A stretch of DNA of 64,000 bases from Promethearchaeia archaeon (GCA_029856045.1 JAHQWG010000035.1:64001-128000); one strand, 5' to 3'; numbered from the stretch's first letter, positions 1 through 11,600 are shown. Notes: generated by a model not told the origin, from the sequence alone. A program made the numbers and translations.

Positions 1-1
1 T

Positions 2-214
2 CTTAGAGCTAAAGTATCAAAATTAAATTATAATGAAGTTGATTTAGTTACAGATCAACCAAATTTAGGTGTAATATCTGCGGATTGCTCAAGATGTGGA
101 GGTCCTTTATATTTAATCAAAAGGGATTTATTGAAATGTGAAATTTGTGAAAATATAGAAAAAAGGAAATTAGCAAATGATTATGGTTCAGTAAAAACTC
201 GATTAATAATATAG
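2..214 (+). CDS. csl4: Exosome RNA-binding protein Csl4, C-terminal part (5' truncated by window)
   Basis: Own translation: LRAKV...LGVISADCSRCGGPL...LKCEICENIEKRKLANDY (S1 end plus Zn ribbon); upstream of rpoL as usual in archaea. Confidence 0.9.
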   Translation, partial: LRAKVSKLNYNEVDLVTDQPNLGVISADCSRCGGPLYLIKRDLLKCEICENIEKRKLANDYGSVKTRLII

Positions 215-255
215 AAGTTTTTTAATATTTTTATTAATTTGAAGAGGGATCTCTT

Positions 256-489
256 ATTCCTAAAACTAAACGAAAAGTATTGTCTTTTACATATAATAGT
301 GTAAAACAAGCACTTCAATTTATTGAAGCAATTAAAAAAAAAGTCGTTAATTTAAATATTAATTTGACAATGGATAATGTAAGAATGAAAATAAATGTTG
401 AATTAAGTGGTCCAAGAGATTTACAACGTTTAGCAACTTTTTTAATTCAAGATTTATCTAAGGAGATCCTTAAAAAGGAGATTTCTTAA
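256..489 (+). CDS. Small protein resembling the DUF2067 N-terminal domain; probable ATT start (track start TTG 280)
   Basis: GAGGGA SD-like site at 244-249, then ATT-CCT-AAA (MPKTKRKVLSF...); csl4/rpoL/RNase III/DUF99 neighbourhood. Confidence 0.5.
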   Translation: MPKTKRKVLSFTYNSVKQALQFIEAIKKKVVNLNINLTMDNVRMKINVELSGPRDLQRLATFLIQDLSKEILKKEIS

Positions 490-567
490 GCTATTATTCC
501 GAACTAATAGTAATAGCGAAAAAAATAAATTATATTACGAATTTTAATCAAATAGGTGTTCTTTTAA

Positions 568-1044
568 ATGGCAAAAAAAACAACTACAAGCAAAAAGGAT
601 AAGACAAAGAATAAAGAATTAGAGGATATAGATGAAGAACTTTTTTCTGATGATGATGAAGAAGAATATCCGGCTACGGAAATTAAAGAAGAGGAAAAAC
701 CACAAGATGAATTATCAGAAGAGGAAGAAGAAATTCAAAAAATACCAATAAAAGAAGAAAAATTTTATAAATATTTAAATCTAAAACTTAAGAAAATCAG
801 AGAAAAAGATTATGAACTAAGTATTGAAGGTCAAACTCATGGATTTTGTAATATCTTAGTTAAGTACCTACTAGATATTGAAGGTGTTGAAATAGCTGCT
901 TATAAGAGCACAACTATTGAGCCATCAAAAGTATTTATTAGACTAAAAAATGGATTTGATATTAAAAAAATTATCTCTAAGGGAGTTTCCCTTCTGGAAG
1001 AAGAAGTAATTAAACTTCAAAAAGTTTTTAATAAAAACTTCTGA
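568..1044 (+). CDS. rpoL: RNA polymerase subunit L (Rpo11) with long acidic N-terminal extension
   Basis: IEGQTHGFCNILVKYL...VEIAAYK core; adjacent to csl4. Confidence 0.85.
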   Translation: MAKKTTTSKKDKTKNKELEDIDEELFSDDDEEEYPATEIKEEEKPQDELSEEEEEIQKIPIKEEKFYKYLNLKLKKIREKDYELSIEGQTHGFCNILVKYLLDIEGVEIAAYKSTTIEPSKVFIRLKNGFDIKKIISKGVSLLEEEVIKLQKVFNKNF

Positions 1045-1062
1045 TTCTTTTTGTGTCATATT

Positions 1063-1539
1063 ATGGAAAAAAATAATAATAATAAAAATGAACTAACATA
1101 TCTAATTTCTGATTTAAAAGATAAACCAAAGCTAATTGGAACTGATAAAGGTTTGGCGAAAATCGGAGATGGTATTGTTAATTTAACATATTCTGTAGCA
1201 AAATCGAAATTTTTAACACATTCTAAAAACATTCCTGAATCTCCAATTAGAGAGGGAAAAAAAGTTGATAAACTTATTCTCTCTAATGCTTTAAAAAATG
1301 CAGATATGAGGCAATATGCAAAAAATCGCTCAGATTCCCATGATTTAGCAAATACCTATGAGGGTCTAATTGCATACGTTTGGTTGTCTGGAGAAATAAC
1401 TATTAAACAAATTATATCAATTCTTGCGAGTCAACTTGAAGATGATATCTCCAATTACAAAATTGAAAGAATTGAAGCTATTAAATCGTTTACTCACTTA
1501 TTAAAAAAAGTTAAAAAATTCATTCCTAGGATTGAGTGA
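1063..1539 (+). CDS. Archaeal ribonuclease III-family (Mini-III-like) protein
   Basis: LAKIGDGIVNL and ANTYEGLIAYVWL motifs; conserved neighbourhood. Confidence 0.75.
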   Translation: MEKNNNNKNELTYLISDLKDKPKLIGTDKGLAKIGDGIVNLTYSVAKSKFLTHSKNIPESPIREGKKVDKLILSNALKNADMRQYAKNRSDSHDLANTYEGLIAYVWLSGEITIKQIISILASQLEDDISNYKIERIEAIKSFTHLLKKVKKFIPRIE

Positions 1540-1545
1540 TATAAT

Positions 1546-2112
1546 TTGAAAGATTATCCAATTACTATTGGCTTTGATGATGCTAAATTTCGTTTTGATG
1601 GACAAAAACAAACTACCCCCTTAATCGGTGTTGTATGTCAAGGAACTAGAGTAGTAAAAGTTGTAAAAAAAGAAATATTTATTGATGGAGACGATTCTAC
1701 GGATGCGATTATTGATCTGGTTAGATCGTGCGAAAATAATGTTCAATACATCCTAACACATACAATTACATTTGGTGGTTTCAACATTGCAGATATTGAG
1801 GAGATACACCAAAAACTTAAAACTCCGATAATTGCATTTACTGAACGTATGGTAAACCTTGATGATGTAAAAAAAGCCATTATTAAAAAATTTCCAAATC
1901 AAAACCGTGATAAAATCAATAAAATCATTAAAGCCGGCAATTTATATGAAATGAAAATAAAAACCCATGGTGGATATTCCACAGTTTATTTTCATTCAGT
2001 AGGAATACCTCCTGAGAAAGTTAAGTTTTTAATGGAAAAAGTTTCCATAGATTCGAAACTTCCCGAACCCGTTCGAATTGCTCATTTGATAGGAGCGTCT
2101 TTCGAGATTTAG
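1546..2112 (+). CDS. DUF99/UPF0215 endonuclease V-like protein
   Basis: IGFDDA, IDGDDST, ITFGGFNI, KLPEPVRIAHLI motifs. Confidence 0.9.
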   Translation: MKDYPITIGFDDAKFRFDGQKQTTPLIGVVCQGTRVVKVVKKEIFIDGDDSTDAIIDLVRSCENNVQYILTHTITFGGFNIADIEEIHQKLKTPIIAFTERMVNLDDVKKAIIKKFPNQNRDKINKIIKAGNLYEMKIKTHGGYSTVYFHSVGIPPEKVKFLMEKVSIDSKLPEPVRIAHLIGASFEI

Positions 2113-2154
2113 CTTTTTCAAAATGAACAAAAATGATAATTACAAAAAATTTTA

Positions 2155-2634
2155 CTAAATTTCGGAAATCTCTTGCCTTAAAATTGCTTGAACTTCTTTT
2201 CTTTTTGCAGGATCTATTGCGCACATCCCATATGTTTTAACACCTAATTTATTAGCAACATTCTGGATATTAATTGCTCCGGGTAAGTCTTGTTTATTTG
2301 CAATTGCGATAACTTTACTCCCTTTAAACCTAGAAAACCTTTCATAAAAACCTTTGGTGAAATTAATATTCTCTTCTGTGGAATCAGTAATTAATACTGT
2401 TAATCCAGCTCCTTTAACAAAATCTTCCCACATGAATTGAAAACGTTCTTGTCCTCCCATATCCCATATGGTTATTTTTTCACCATTATTTAATTTTACT
2501 TGCTCAATAGCAACACCAATTGTGGGATCACGACGTTCCAAAATTTCCTTACCTTGCATTAAAGAAAGAATAGTGGATTTGCCTACGCCACCTTTACCTA
2601 TGAACACAACTTTCTGTTTAATATTACCAACCAT
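2155..2634 (-). CDS. Small Arf/Rab-like GTPase
   Basis: GKGGVGKS, PTIG, WDMGGQERF, NKQD, CAI; start placed at internal ATG (MVGNIKQK). Confidence 0.9.
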   Translation of the reverse strand: MVGNIKQKVVFIGKGGVGKSTILSLMQGKEILERRDPTIGVAIEQVKLNNGEKITIWDMGGQERFQFMWEDFVKGAGLTVLITDSTEENINFTKGFYERFSRFKGSKVIAIANKQDLPGAINIQNVANKLGVKTYGMCAIDPAKRKEVQAILRQEISEI

Positions 2635-2828
2635 TGTTTCTATATTAAAAATTTTTAAAAGGATGAATATCAATTCCCATAAAAATTTCAAAAAATAAAG
2701 TATCATACAGATGTTATTGAGTCTTAATCTTAAATTAGGAAAATATTGGCAATAGCGAACAACTTGTTTTAATTTAAAGATTTGCTAAAAAGATGAGTGG
2801 TTGGAATTTCTAAGTGCTTTTTTATGTA

Positions 2829-2845
2829 GAAAAAAAGTTTATATA
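2829..2845 (+). promoter_or_regulatory. Canonical BRE-TATA promoter
   Basis: GAAAAAAAG-TTTATATA upstream of ORF 2940. Confidence 0.6.
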
Positions 2846-2939
2846 TTTAACAATTAAACATATTTTTATCCAAGTAATAGTTCTAGCTTCTAACTATAAC
2901 AAAATTTAAATAAAAAATTGAAAATTTGAAGGTGAAATT

Positions 2940-3518
2940 ATGTCAGGCAAAGAAGTTGTTGGAAGTATTTTAATTTCTTTAATCTTAATGAGTGCGATAG
3001 TTTTTTTTGCTTTACCGTTTATTTTTCCAGGTGTCAGTGAGAAAAATATTGTTGTTCAATCTAAATACGCAGAATGGAAAACTACCGCGATGATTTATGA
3101 TAGTGAAACTACAGCATATAAAAAAATAAGCGACACTGAATTAAATATTACTATTCAAGAGAGCTCCTCACTAGCTATTGTTTTTAGCGCCGATGCAATC
3201 TTGCATCTAAGTGATACTTTTACTGTAAAAAATAGCTATTTTTTTTCTGTAGTGATAGAAGGAGTAGGTAATAAAACTTTTTTTATTACCTACTTTGATT
3301 CTAGCGCAGCAACGGGTAGTATTCGAGAATTAACTTACAATCTCTATGTCAATTATGTAACAAACCCTTTACCAGCGGGAACCTATAATGTTGCAGTGTA
3401 CTGGCAGTCGAGATTTGATGCAAATGGCAGTAATTTTCTAAGCTTAGCACATTCTGGATATAATTATTCGCGAAGCTTGTGGATACAAGAATTAAGTATG
3501 GCGTTAATTACGACGTAA
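2940..3518 (+). CDS. Membrane-anchored beta-rich hypothetical protein
   Basis: N-terminal hydrophobic helix, GGTGA SD. Confidence 0.7.
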   Translation: MSGKEVVGSILISLILMSAIVFFALPFIFPGVSEKNIVVQSKYAEWKTTAMIYDSETTAYKKISDTELNITIQESSSLAIVFSADAILHLSDTFTVKNSYFFSVVIEGVGNKTFFITYFDSSAATGSIRELTYNLYVNYVTNPLPAGTYNVAVYWQSRFDANGSNFLSLAHSGYNYSRSLWIQELSMALITT

Positions 3519-3633
3519 ATTTTAAAATTATTATTTTTTTTTTTTAATTGTAATAAATTCAGAAAAATTCAAGAAGATATAATTTTATGGTTTAATAGTA
3601 TCTTTTATATCTATAATTTATAGGTCTGGAAAA

Positions 3634-4425
3634 ATGGAGAAACATAAAGAACTTTATTCAATTAATGAAATTGATGGAGTAACTTCTATCAGTAGCCCCC
3701 ATAAAAAAGAATTAAAGGAAATTGGGGAGAGAAAAGCTAAAACCTTTAGAACACTCACCGAAGAACAACTTAAGAATGCGACAAAAAACATTATCGGAGG
3801 CACACTTGAAAACATAGGGTTGAATGAAGACTGGACAATAACTAAAGTTTTTTTTCCTAATGTCAAAATTCACACAATCTATTTTTATTATGGAGATGAG
3901 TTTGGGTCAAAAGAAATAGATCAATTGAAATTTCTCTTTTCAGGTGAGCGTATAAGGTGGATTCCCGGGGAAGACCTCGCAAATTTTATAGATATAATGA
4001 TGAATTACGCCGAAAGAATGATTATAAAAAAAGAACCATTTAAATCCAGGAAAGAAAAACAATCTGAAATGTTAAAAAATGCTATTGAGGAAAGAAGCCC
4101 CTCGTTCTATTTTATAATTAATGAAGATATTCCAAATATAGCAGAATTGATTGGTGGGAATTTCATAAAACATAAAGATTTCTGGGAACTAAATAAAGAA
4201 ATCTTTCCTGGAATAACAATTAGAATTAAATATACCGAAAAACATGAACTAATCCCCCTTATTTTGGGAGTTAAATCCGATATGCTCGAAAATTACGAGA
4301 AAGATCTTCTTAGAATCCTCACTATCAATCACATCTTGCGATACATAACTATAAAATATGATAAGAGAGACCTCCCCGAAGTCTGCAAAAAGATGTTCGC
4401 ACCTGGTTATCTTAAACAGAAATAA
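3634..4425 (+). CDS. Hypothetical protein with two DUF3786-like repeats
   Basis: Repeats WTITKVFFPNVKI / WELNKEIFPGITI; GDEF motif. Confidence 0.5.
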   Translation: MEKHKELYSINEIDGVTSISSPHKKELKEIGERKAKTFRTLTEEQLKNATKNIIGGTLENIGLNEDWTITKVFFPNVKIHTIYFYYGDEFGSKEIDQLKFLFSGERIRWIPGEDLANFIDIMMNYAERMIIKKEPFKSRKEKQSEMLKNAIEERSPSFYFIINEDIPNIAELIGGNFIKHKDFWELNKEIFPGITIRIKYTEKHELIPLILGVKSDMLENYEKDLLRILTINHILRYITIKYDKRDLPEVCKKMFAPGYLKQK

Positions 4426-4556
4426 TATAGTAAAAAAAAAATTCCTCGAAATAATGAACTACAAAAAAAAAATGAAGAAGAAAACAAAAAAAAATTGAAA
4501 AATTAGACTGCAAAAAAATATAAAGGAATAAAATATATTTAAAAAAAATTATATTT

Positions 4557-5861
4557 TTACTCTGATTGAATTTCTTTGACAATTCCAACAGCGACCGTAC
4601 GTCCCATATCTCGCACCGCAAACCTCCCTAACTCTGGTATCTCTGAGTATTTCTCAATACAGAGTTTCTTGAGAGGTTGTAATTCCACAAATGCGACCTC
4701 ATTTCGTTTTATAAATTTTGGGTTATCTTCAATGACTGCTCCAGTTTTTTGGTCAATTTTTTTGAGCAAATTAACAAATTTGCAAGCTGTTTGTGAGGTA
4801 TGAGCGTGCACTACTGGTGTATAACCTTGTGCGATTGCTGTGGGGTGCCAAATAACCATTAATTGTCCTTTGAAATTTCCTGTTTTTGAGATAACTGTAG
4901 GTGGATCGCTGGGATGACCTAAGACATCTCCACGATGAACATCATTCATAGTTATACCTCGAATACTGAAACCCACATTATCACCTGGTTCCGCCTTATC
5001 GTATCCCTCATGGTGCATCTCGATGCTTCGAACCTCTCCTTTAAATCCAGTAGGCAATATAAGAATTTCTTCTCCAACCTTCATTACACCAGTTTCAACT
5101 CTGCCAACGGGTACAACGCCTGTGCCCTTTATTTTATACGCATCCTGAATTGGGAGTCTAAGAGGTTTATCCAATGGCTTTTCTGGTAATTTAAATTTGT
5201 CCATTGCTTCGAAAAGTGTTGGTCCATCATACCAAGGTGTTTTATCACTTTTCTCAACGATATTATCGCCTGTTATTCCACTAACTGGCACAAAATTAGT
5301 CTCTTTAATGTTGAAGCCAATTCTTTTTAAGAGATTAGAGACTCCATCTTTTACTTCATTGAACCGTTCTTCAGAATAGTTAAATGATGCATCATCGGCT
5401 TTATTAACTGCAACAACCAATTGTTTTATACCTAGAGTTTGGGCAAGATATGCGTGTTCTGTGGTTTGGCCATTAGCAGCTATGCCAGTTTCGAATTCTC
5501 CTTTTTTACCGGAAACTACGAGGACTGCTGCGTCTGCTTGAGAGGCGCCGGTTATCATATTTTTAACAAAATCCGCATGTCCTGGTGCATCAATTATAGT
5601 GAAGTAAAAGTTATTTGTATTGAATCTTCTGAACGCAAGGTCTATTGTAAGGCCACGTTCTCGTTCTTCTTTTAATCTATCAAGTACATAAGCGAATTTC
5701 CAAGATTCACGGTCGAGTTCTTTCGCAAGTTTTTCAAGTTCCCTTGCTTCGCGGTCTGAGATAGCTCCTGCGAGTATTAGCATGTGTCCCATCATGGTTG
5801 ACTTGCCATGGTCGACATGACCGATTATAATCAAGTTTAAGTGTGGTAATTCCTTAGGCAT
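4557..5861 (-). CDS. tuf: Translation elongation factor EF-1alpha
   Basis: GHVDHGKST, ERERGLTID, DAPGHADFVKNMITGASQAD, LGRFAVRDMG. Confidence 0.99.
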   Translation of the reverse strand: MPKELPHLNLIIIGHVDHGKSTMMGHMLILAGAISDREARELEKLAKELDRESWKFAYVLDRLKEERERGLTIDLAFRRFNTNNFYFTIIDAPGHADFVKNMITGASQADAAVLVVSGKKGEFETGIAANGQTTEHAYLAQTLGIKQLVVAVNKADDASFNYSEERFNEVKDGVSNLLKRIGFNIKETNFVPVSGITGDNIVEKSDKTPWYDGPTLFEAMDKFKLPEKPLDKPLRLPIQDAYKIKGTGVVPVGRVETGVMKVGEEILILPTGFKGEVRSIEMHHEGYDKAEPGDNVGFSIRGITMNDVHRGDVLGHPSDPPTVISKTGNFKGQLMVIWHPTAIAQGYTPVVHAHTSQTACKFVNLLKKIDQKTGAVIEDNPKFIKRNEVAFVELQPLKKLCIEKYSEIPELGRFAVRDMGRTVAVGIVKEIQSE

Positions 5862-6103
5862 TTATCATCACTTTTTTGTTATTTTATATAGATTTGAAAT
5901 TATATAGATTTAATTAATAAGTCTCCTTATTTTTTAAAGTTTTAAAATTTTTGGATAAATTAATATTTTTTGCTCTTTATTAATTTGGATTTCAACAAAA
6001 AAATTAATGTGATATGAGATAAAAAGCATTGAATTTTAATGAATTTATTGGCAAAAAATGTATAGGAATGCTTTTAAATGTAAAAACGATGAAGGAATAA
6101 ATA

Positions 6104-6219
6104 GATTTATAGAGCAGATGGTTCTCTCAACCTTGCCCAATGGTCAAGATTAATAGCCAGAATTGTGGATTTTTCAAGTAATTTGAGTCCAGAGTGCTCG
6201 TAAATCGGTAGATTTTTTT
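6104..6219 (+). ncRNA. Candidate structured non-coding RNA (three-way junction)
   Basis: TATA TTTAAATG at 6073-6080; terminal stem GATTTAT-A-GAGCA/TGCTC-GTAAATC; two internal hairpin arms; T7 tract at 6213-6219. Confidence 0.45.
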
Positions 6220-6245
6220 CATTATAAACCTTTATTTTTATTCCT

Positions 6246-6704
6246 CTACTTTTTCAAATTTTTAATTAATAACACACCCCAATATATAAAAATGCATATG
6301 CTCATTAAAGCAAATAGAAAAATCATATCTTGACCAAAAAATACTCTTAAGGTGATATAAATACCTGAGAAAAAAATTAATATTAAGCCAAAAGGTATAA
6401 AAATTTTAAATATAACATTTTCAAATTCAATGAGATCTTCTTGATCTTGTTTCCTTGAACCTTTTAAATAATCAACGAGCGCGATGATTATATACGGTAT
6501 TGATAATATAAAAATTGATATGGGTAAAACTAATATAATAAGGAAAATTAAGGCTTGGAGAAATCCAAACATTTCAACGTATATTTCTTGGAAAGTCAAT
6601 GCAATAGAACTAGTTATTAAATAAAAAAGAATTATAACGAGATAACCAAGAATCAAACCTAAGACATTCCAAAATAAGATTTTTTCTAACTGTTTTATCT
6701 TCAT
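6246..6704 (-). CDS. Four-TM hypothetical membrane protein
   Basis: Hydrophobic segments in translation. Confidence 0.65.
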   Translation of the reverse strand: MKIKQLEKILFWNVLGLILGYLVIILFYLITSSIALTFQEIYVEMFGFLQALIFLIILVLPISIFILSIPYIIIALVDYLKGSRKQDQEDLIEFENVIFKIFIPFGLILIFFSGIYITLRVFFGQDMIFLFALMSICIFIYWGVLLIKNLKK

Positions 6705-6922
6705 TTTTTCATGTATTTATCGTATTAAAATTAAATAGATATACTAAATTATAAAATTTCTTATCTCTGATAATTTGAGAAATAAGATTTAATAAATCTT
6801 TATATTTTATCCCTATCAAAAGAGAATATTTTTTATAATTCTATTAGGAAAAAACTTAAATATTTCTAAAGAATTAACCAACTACCCGATTGCTATTAAA
6901 AATAAGTGTTTTTAAAAAATGC

Positions 6923-8081
6923 GATGAAAAATATGAATGAAGTTAATTTAATAAAAAGTGAGCCAGAAGATTTGGGACAAAGCAAGACTCATTATTTTCA
7001 AGTAGATGCAATGAAAGCGTTAATGATATTTTTAGTTATATTCGACCATACAATACCATGGACGATAAAGGGTGATATGGGAGTTGCGTTTTGGGAAAGA
7101 ATTTCAATTCCTGTTTTTTTGGTGATTATGGGTTTTAACATGGGGAATTCATTTAAACAGAAGGGAAATGCCCCATTGAGGGAGTTATATTCGAAGAGTT
7201 ACTTTAAAAATAAAACCTTACGCTATATAGTTCCTTTTCTAATACTATATATAATATCAACTATTGTTGGCTTGGTTCTTTATAATTTCGATTATAATGC
7301 GATGATTGAAACTCAATTATTGCCTCATTTTGGTGAAGTTAATATGATTATGGGAATTCTTCCATTTTGGGGTCCGGGCAATTGGTTCATTCCAATAATT
7401 TTCGAATCTATCTTAATCATGCCATTACTATATAAAGGTTTTTCAAGCAAACCTATTTGGAGTGTATTAACCCTAATTTCATGTTTTGTTATTGAAATTG
7501 TCGCTCAGTTATTTATCTTTTTTTATTTTGGTACACCTCCATTTCCTTCGTGGGAAATATATTATAGTTATCTTTTTGTAATTTGCAGTGTTTTTATATA
7601 TCTTTCCGCTATTGGGTTGGGTTTGTGGTTTTCTATGGGATATGGTATCACACAGAAGAGGAATTTATTTATTTGGATTTTATTTCCACTTAGTGTCATC
7701 TATCTTATAATGTATCAATTTTTTGATTTTCGATTTGACTTTATTAGGGGAGATTACAATTTATTTGTATTTCCTTATTCTGCTTTCTTATTTCTGATTG
7801 GAGTGAAATTATTACCTGAGAAAGCGGAGAGTAAATTTGCAAAAGCAATTGCTGTGATTGGAAAGGCGACGTATCATATCTTATTAGCACAAATCTTATA
7901 TTTTGGGATTGTTGTTGCCATTTGGGGTGACCATTATTGTGCATCAATTATTGGAATTAACCCTTTTAACTACATTGTTTGTTTTACTTATTTACCGATT
8001 AATTGGGTGATTTGTATCCCCCTTGGTGTCTTATGGTATTTTGTAGAAACCAAAATACGAAAGTATCGATTATATAAGTAA
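6923..8081 (+). CDS. Acyltransferase 3 (OafA-like) membrane acyltransferase
   Basis: DAMKALMIFLVIFDH, IPVFLVIMG, WFIP, GKATYHILLAQ; multi-TM. Confidence 0.85.
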
Positions 8082-8086
8082 ATAAA

Positions 8087-8641
8087 TTAAAATTCTTTTT
8101 TTTTTATTTCAAATCTATAATTTAATACATCTAATGTTTTAGGAATTTGATTTACTCTTTTGAAGGACAGTGCTACAATTCCTAATTTGTATCCAATTTC
8201 TGAAGGGAAAATGTATCCATTTAATTTCTTAAACATAAAAGGATATTGTCTATATAATCCTTGGATTTTCGTAATTACAGGAATATTTAAATTTGAATCA
8301 ATTTCGAAGCCCTTTCCTTTTTGGATATTTTTAAAAAGGTAGATAATATCACTAAGATCTTTATAATCTCTGATACTTAATGAAATTTTTTTGATGTGGT
8401 TTTTAGAATAAGTAAAAAATATCGTATTATTTGATATTTTGATATCCATTTTGTTAAGATATTCATTGCTATACTCACAAGCGTAAATAAAAACTGTGAA
8501 TAAAAATATTAATTCACTTCTCGAAAGATCTAGTTTTTGAGATAAATCATTTAGGTTAAAAAACATATCCTCCCTAATCGGGAGTTTTTTTTGTATAAAA
8601 TCCATAAATTTATTCCAATTTTCGAAACTAAACTCTAACAT
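8087..8641 (-). CDS. Hypothetical protein, probably co-transcribed with the upstream large gene
   Basis: 184-aa ORF 24 nt downstream of the 8666 stop. Confidence 0.6.
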   Translation of the reverse strand: MLEFSFENWNKFMDFIQKKLPIREDMFFNLNDLSQKLDLSRSELIFLFTVFIYACEYSNEYLNKMDIKISNNTIFFTYSKNHIKKISLSIRDYKDLSDIIYLFKNIQKGKGFEIDSNLNIPVITKIQGLYRQYPFMFKKLNGYIFPSEIGYKLGIVALSFKRVNQIPKTLDVLNYRFEIKKKEF

Positions 8642-8665
8642 GATGATCCAGAAAAAAGAAAAAAG

Positions 8666-11600
8666 TTAAGGTTTTAAATTCTTATTATCAATTGGAGTGT
8701 TATTATGTTTTTTGTTTTTTATTTTTTTTTTCATATCAGTTATTTGATTTTTCTTTTGCTTTCTTCTTATTACAGTTGATGATACAGTTAAAACAATTGC
8801 AAAACCAAAAATACCTGTTAGAGCAGGCATATTATAATTAGAAACATACTGTTCTTCTGAATCGGTTTCTTCATTGTTTGGGTCAGTCGAATTATCATTA
8901 TCTGAGGGATTATTATCAGGAATCTCAGGTAAAATGCTGATTGAGTAATATATCTGAAATGTTAATTCCTTTTTTCCTATCTCTGGATTAAATATATCGG
9001 GATCTAAGAACGGATGGATCAAGTAAAAATCAAAAATATATGAACCTGAATCTACAAAATCATAAGTTATACTATAATGGTTTTTTGGCCCTACCTGTGA
9101 TGATTCCAAAGTAATATTTTCGTTAAAAGTATCGTTAATAATAATATTTACGTACATACTTGTTCCCGATATTGGGGTATATCCTGAGGATGTATTAACG
9201 GTATAATTAAATTCTACGGTTATAGAATTTGAATTATTAGTATAACAATGCTCAGAAATTATATCTATATTGATATTTATTTCTACGGGATTTTCAATTA
9301 TTTTTTCTATTCCCGAATATACACATAAATTTCCATTTATTTTTGGAAGATAATCAGGATTGAGGTCAAGATAAATATCTTTTTCATATAAATTTTCACC
9401 GTTTCTATCCAGAATAATCGTTCCCAGCATATCGCTCTCAAATTTTACCGTTACTGGCGGTCCCAAACTGTCAAGAATCGGATTAGAAAGGTTTGCTTCT
9501 ATATGGAATGTATGCCCGAGAGTAGCATTATTATCTATTTGATAAAATAATTCGTTAAAATAATATGTCTGAAGCGTCAATTCCTTCTTACCAATTTCAG
9601 GATTATATATCTTGGGATCTAAGAATGGATGGATCACGTAAAAATCAAAAGTATATTGCCCTAGCTCTATAAGACCATAAGTCAGATTAAAATGATTTTT
9701 CTGTCCGACCCGAGATGAGCCCAATGAAACATTTTCTATAAAAGAATCGTTGAGAAATACGCTTGCATACATTTCTATTCCCGATATTAGAGTATATCCC
9801 GAGGATGTATTAACGGTATAATTAAATTCTACGGTTATAGAATTTGAATTATTAGTATAGCAATTTTCCGAAATTATGTCTATATTGGTATTTATTTCTA
9901 CGGGGGTTTCAATTATTTTTTCTATTCCCGAATACACACATATTTTACCGTCTATTTTCGGGAGGTAGTCGGGATTAAGATCAAGATAAATGTTTTTTTC
10001 ATATAAATTCTCACCGTTTTTATCCAAAACAATCGTTCCCAACTTATCGCTCTCAAATTTTACCGTTACCGTCGGTCCAAAACTGTCAAGAATTAGATTA
10101 CATAAACTCGACTCAATTCTAAATGTATATCCGAGGGTGGCATTATCATCTATTTGATAATATAACCTAATGTCATCATTTACTGCAATATCACATATCC
10201 AAAAGACCATATCCGTGTCGATGGTTTCCGAAGTATTTAAGGCAAAATATTCTTTTTCATCCCCAATATATAAACTATGAATTAGAGTCCTAACTTTCTC
10301 AATATCAAGGTCAATGGTAATATTCAAGACTTTTGAAATTTTAAACGTATAATAAACATCCCTAAAATTGGAATAATCCAACTGTGAAAAAATGTAATTT
10401 ATAATTTTTTGGGTATCTAAATTATATCTCCCTACAGATGTTAAGACATAGACCATATAATAAATATCTTTCAAAATATCGCTGAAATCATCGGAATAGT
10501 TGGGGTCATAATAAAGATATTGCGAAGATTCCATAACACCTGCGGAGATAAAGGTGCACAGTGCGTCAATGTCTATCCCGTTATTAGTTATATCCCCGTC
10601 ATCCAAGAATATATCGAGTATTTCTATGCATCTTATGGTAAAATAGGAGTAATGTAAATAAATATGGTCCTCATAATTCTCAGGCGGATATAAAGTATAT
10701 ATATAATCCGGAATAAATCCGCCGTATTTGGTATATCCGGGTTCTAAAAATTGACATGTTATTATATGCTCAAGTAACTCAGTCAGGTTGTTAGCTGAAG
10801 AAAAATCATCCAGTTTATATATAGTGTCTAAAGCGGATAAAGCATAGAAGATATGCTCTACCGAATGAAGGAATCCTATCTCTTGTGAATAAGTGTGTTT
10901 TTTTGTTCCTTTATATTCCAACGGGGCTGTTCTATAATTAACGGAAGTTAAATTTGATGTGGCAGGTCCGTAGAATGTACCTTCACCAAGATTACCGAAA
11001 GTATAATTTTTATGAGCCGATTCTATGAGTTCATATAACTCCTGCAGATTTAAATCGGGGATTCTATAATTTAAATCGAAAGAGCTAACGGTATTCCAGA
11101 CTACCTTTAGAGAAGTATGGTCTCTTGATAGAGATGAGAACCCTTCTATTTGCTGGAATCTTAGGATAAATTGGTAAATTTCTTCTCTTGCTAAATCATC
11201 AAGATAAAAAAGTTTTTCATTCCTTTTGAAATACCTTATAACCTCATAAGTATCAATTAACTCATAGGTCCCCAAAAATTGAGTATTCTCCCAACCTCCG
11301 CCATTCATTCTAATGTTTAACAAAAAATCTGTTGATAATGAATTATTATAGTTATAGCCGATAAGGTCTGCAACCTCCATCGTTAAAGCGGTCGAAAAAA
11401 TATTATAAGTTTTTGTAATTTTGTTAAAATAATTATAATAAAAACAACCCGAATCTATATCGTACAATCCATCGATATACTGTAAGAGATTTTCAATGTT
11501 TATCACGTCCAGCATTTCAAAAGAATCAAGTATAGTAATAGCAAAAAATGTGGATCTCAAGTTAGGATCATATCTTAAAACTGTATCTACTAAATCTTCC

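Noticed and set aside
2635-2706. Hydrophobic N-terminal extension on the small GTPase (similarly 12362-12409 and 37339-37401)
   Set aside because: These extensions run through AT-rich promoter DNA; internal starts fit better
6104-6219. 5S rRNA, tRNA, fluoride or TPP riboswitch, C/D sRNA identity for the structured element
   Set aside because: Lacks the 5S loop C motif, a T-loop, a proper crcB P1, the TPP 3' half and clear C/D boxes; no downstream + strand gene
8945-10161. CRISPR or mobile-element repeat
   Set aside because: In-frame two-copy domain duplication, no spacers or terminal repeats
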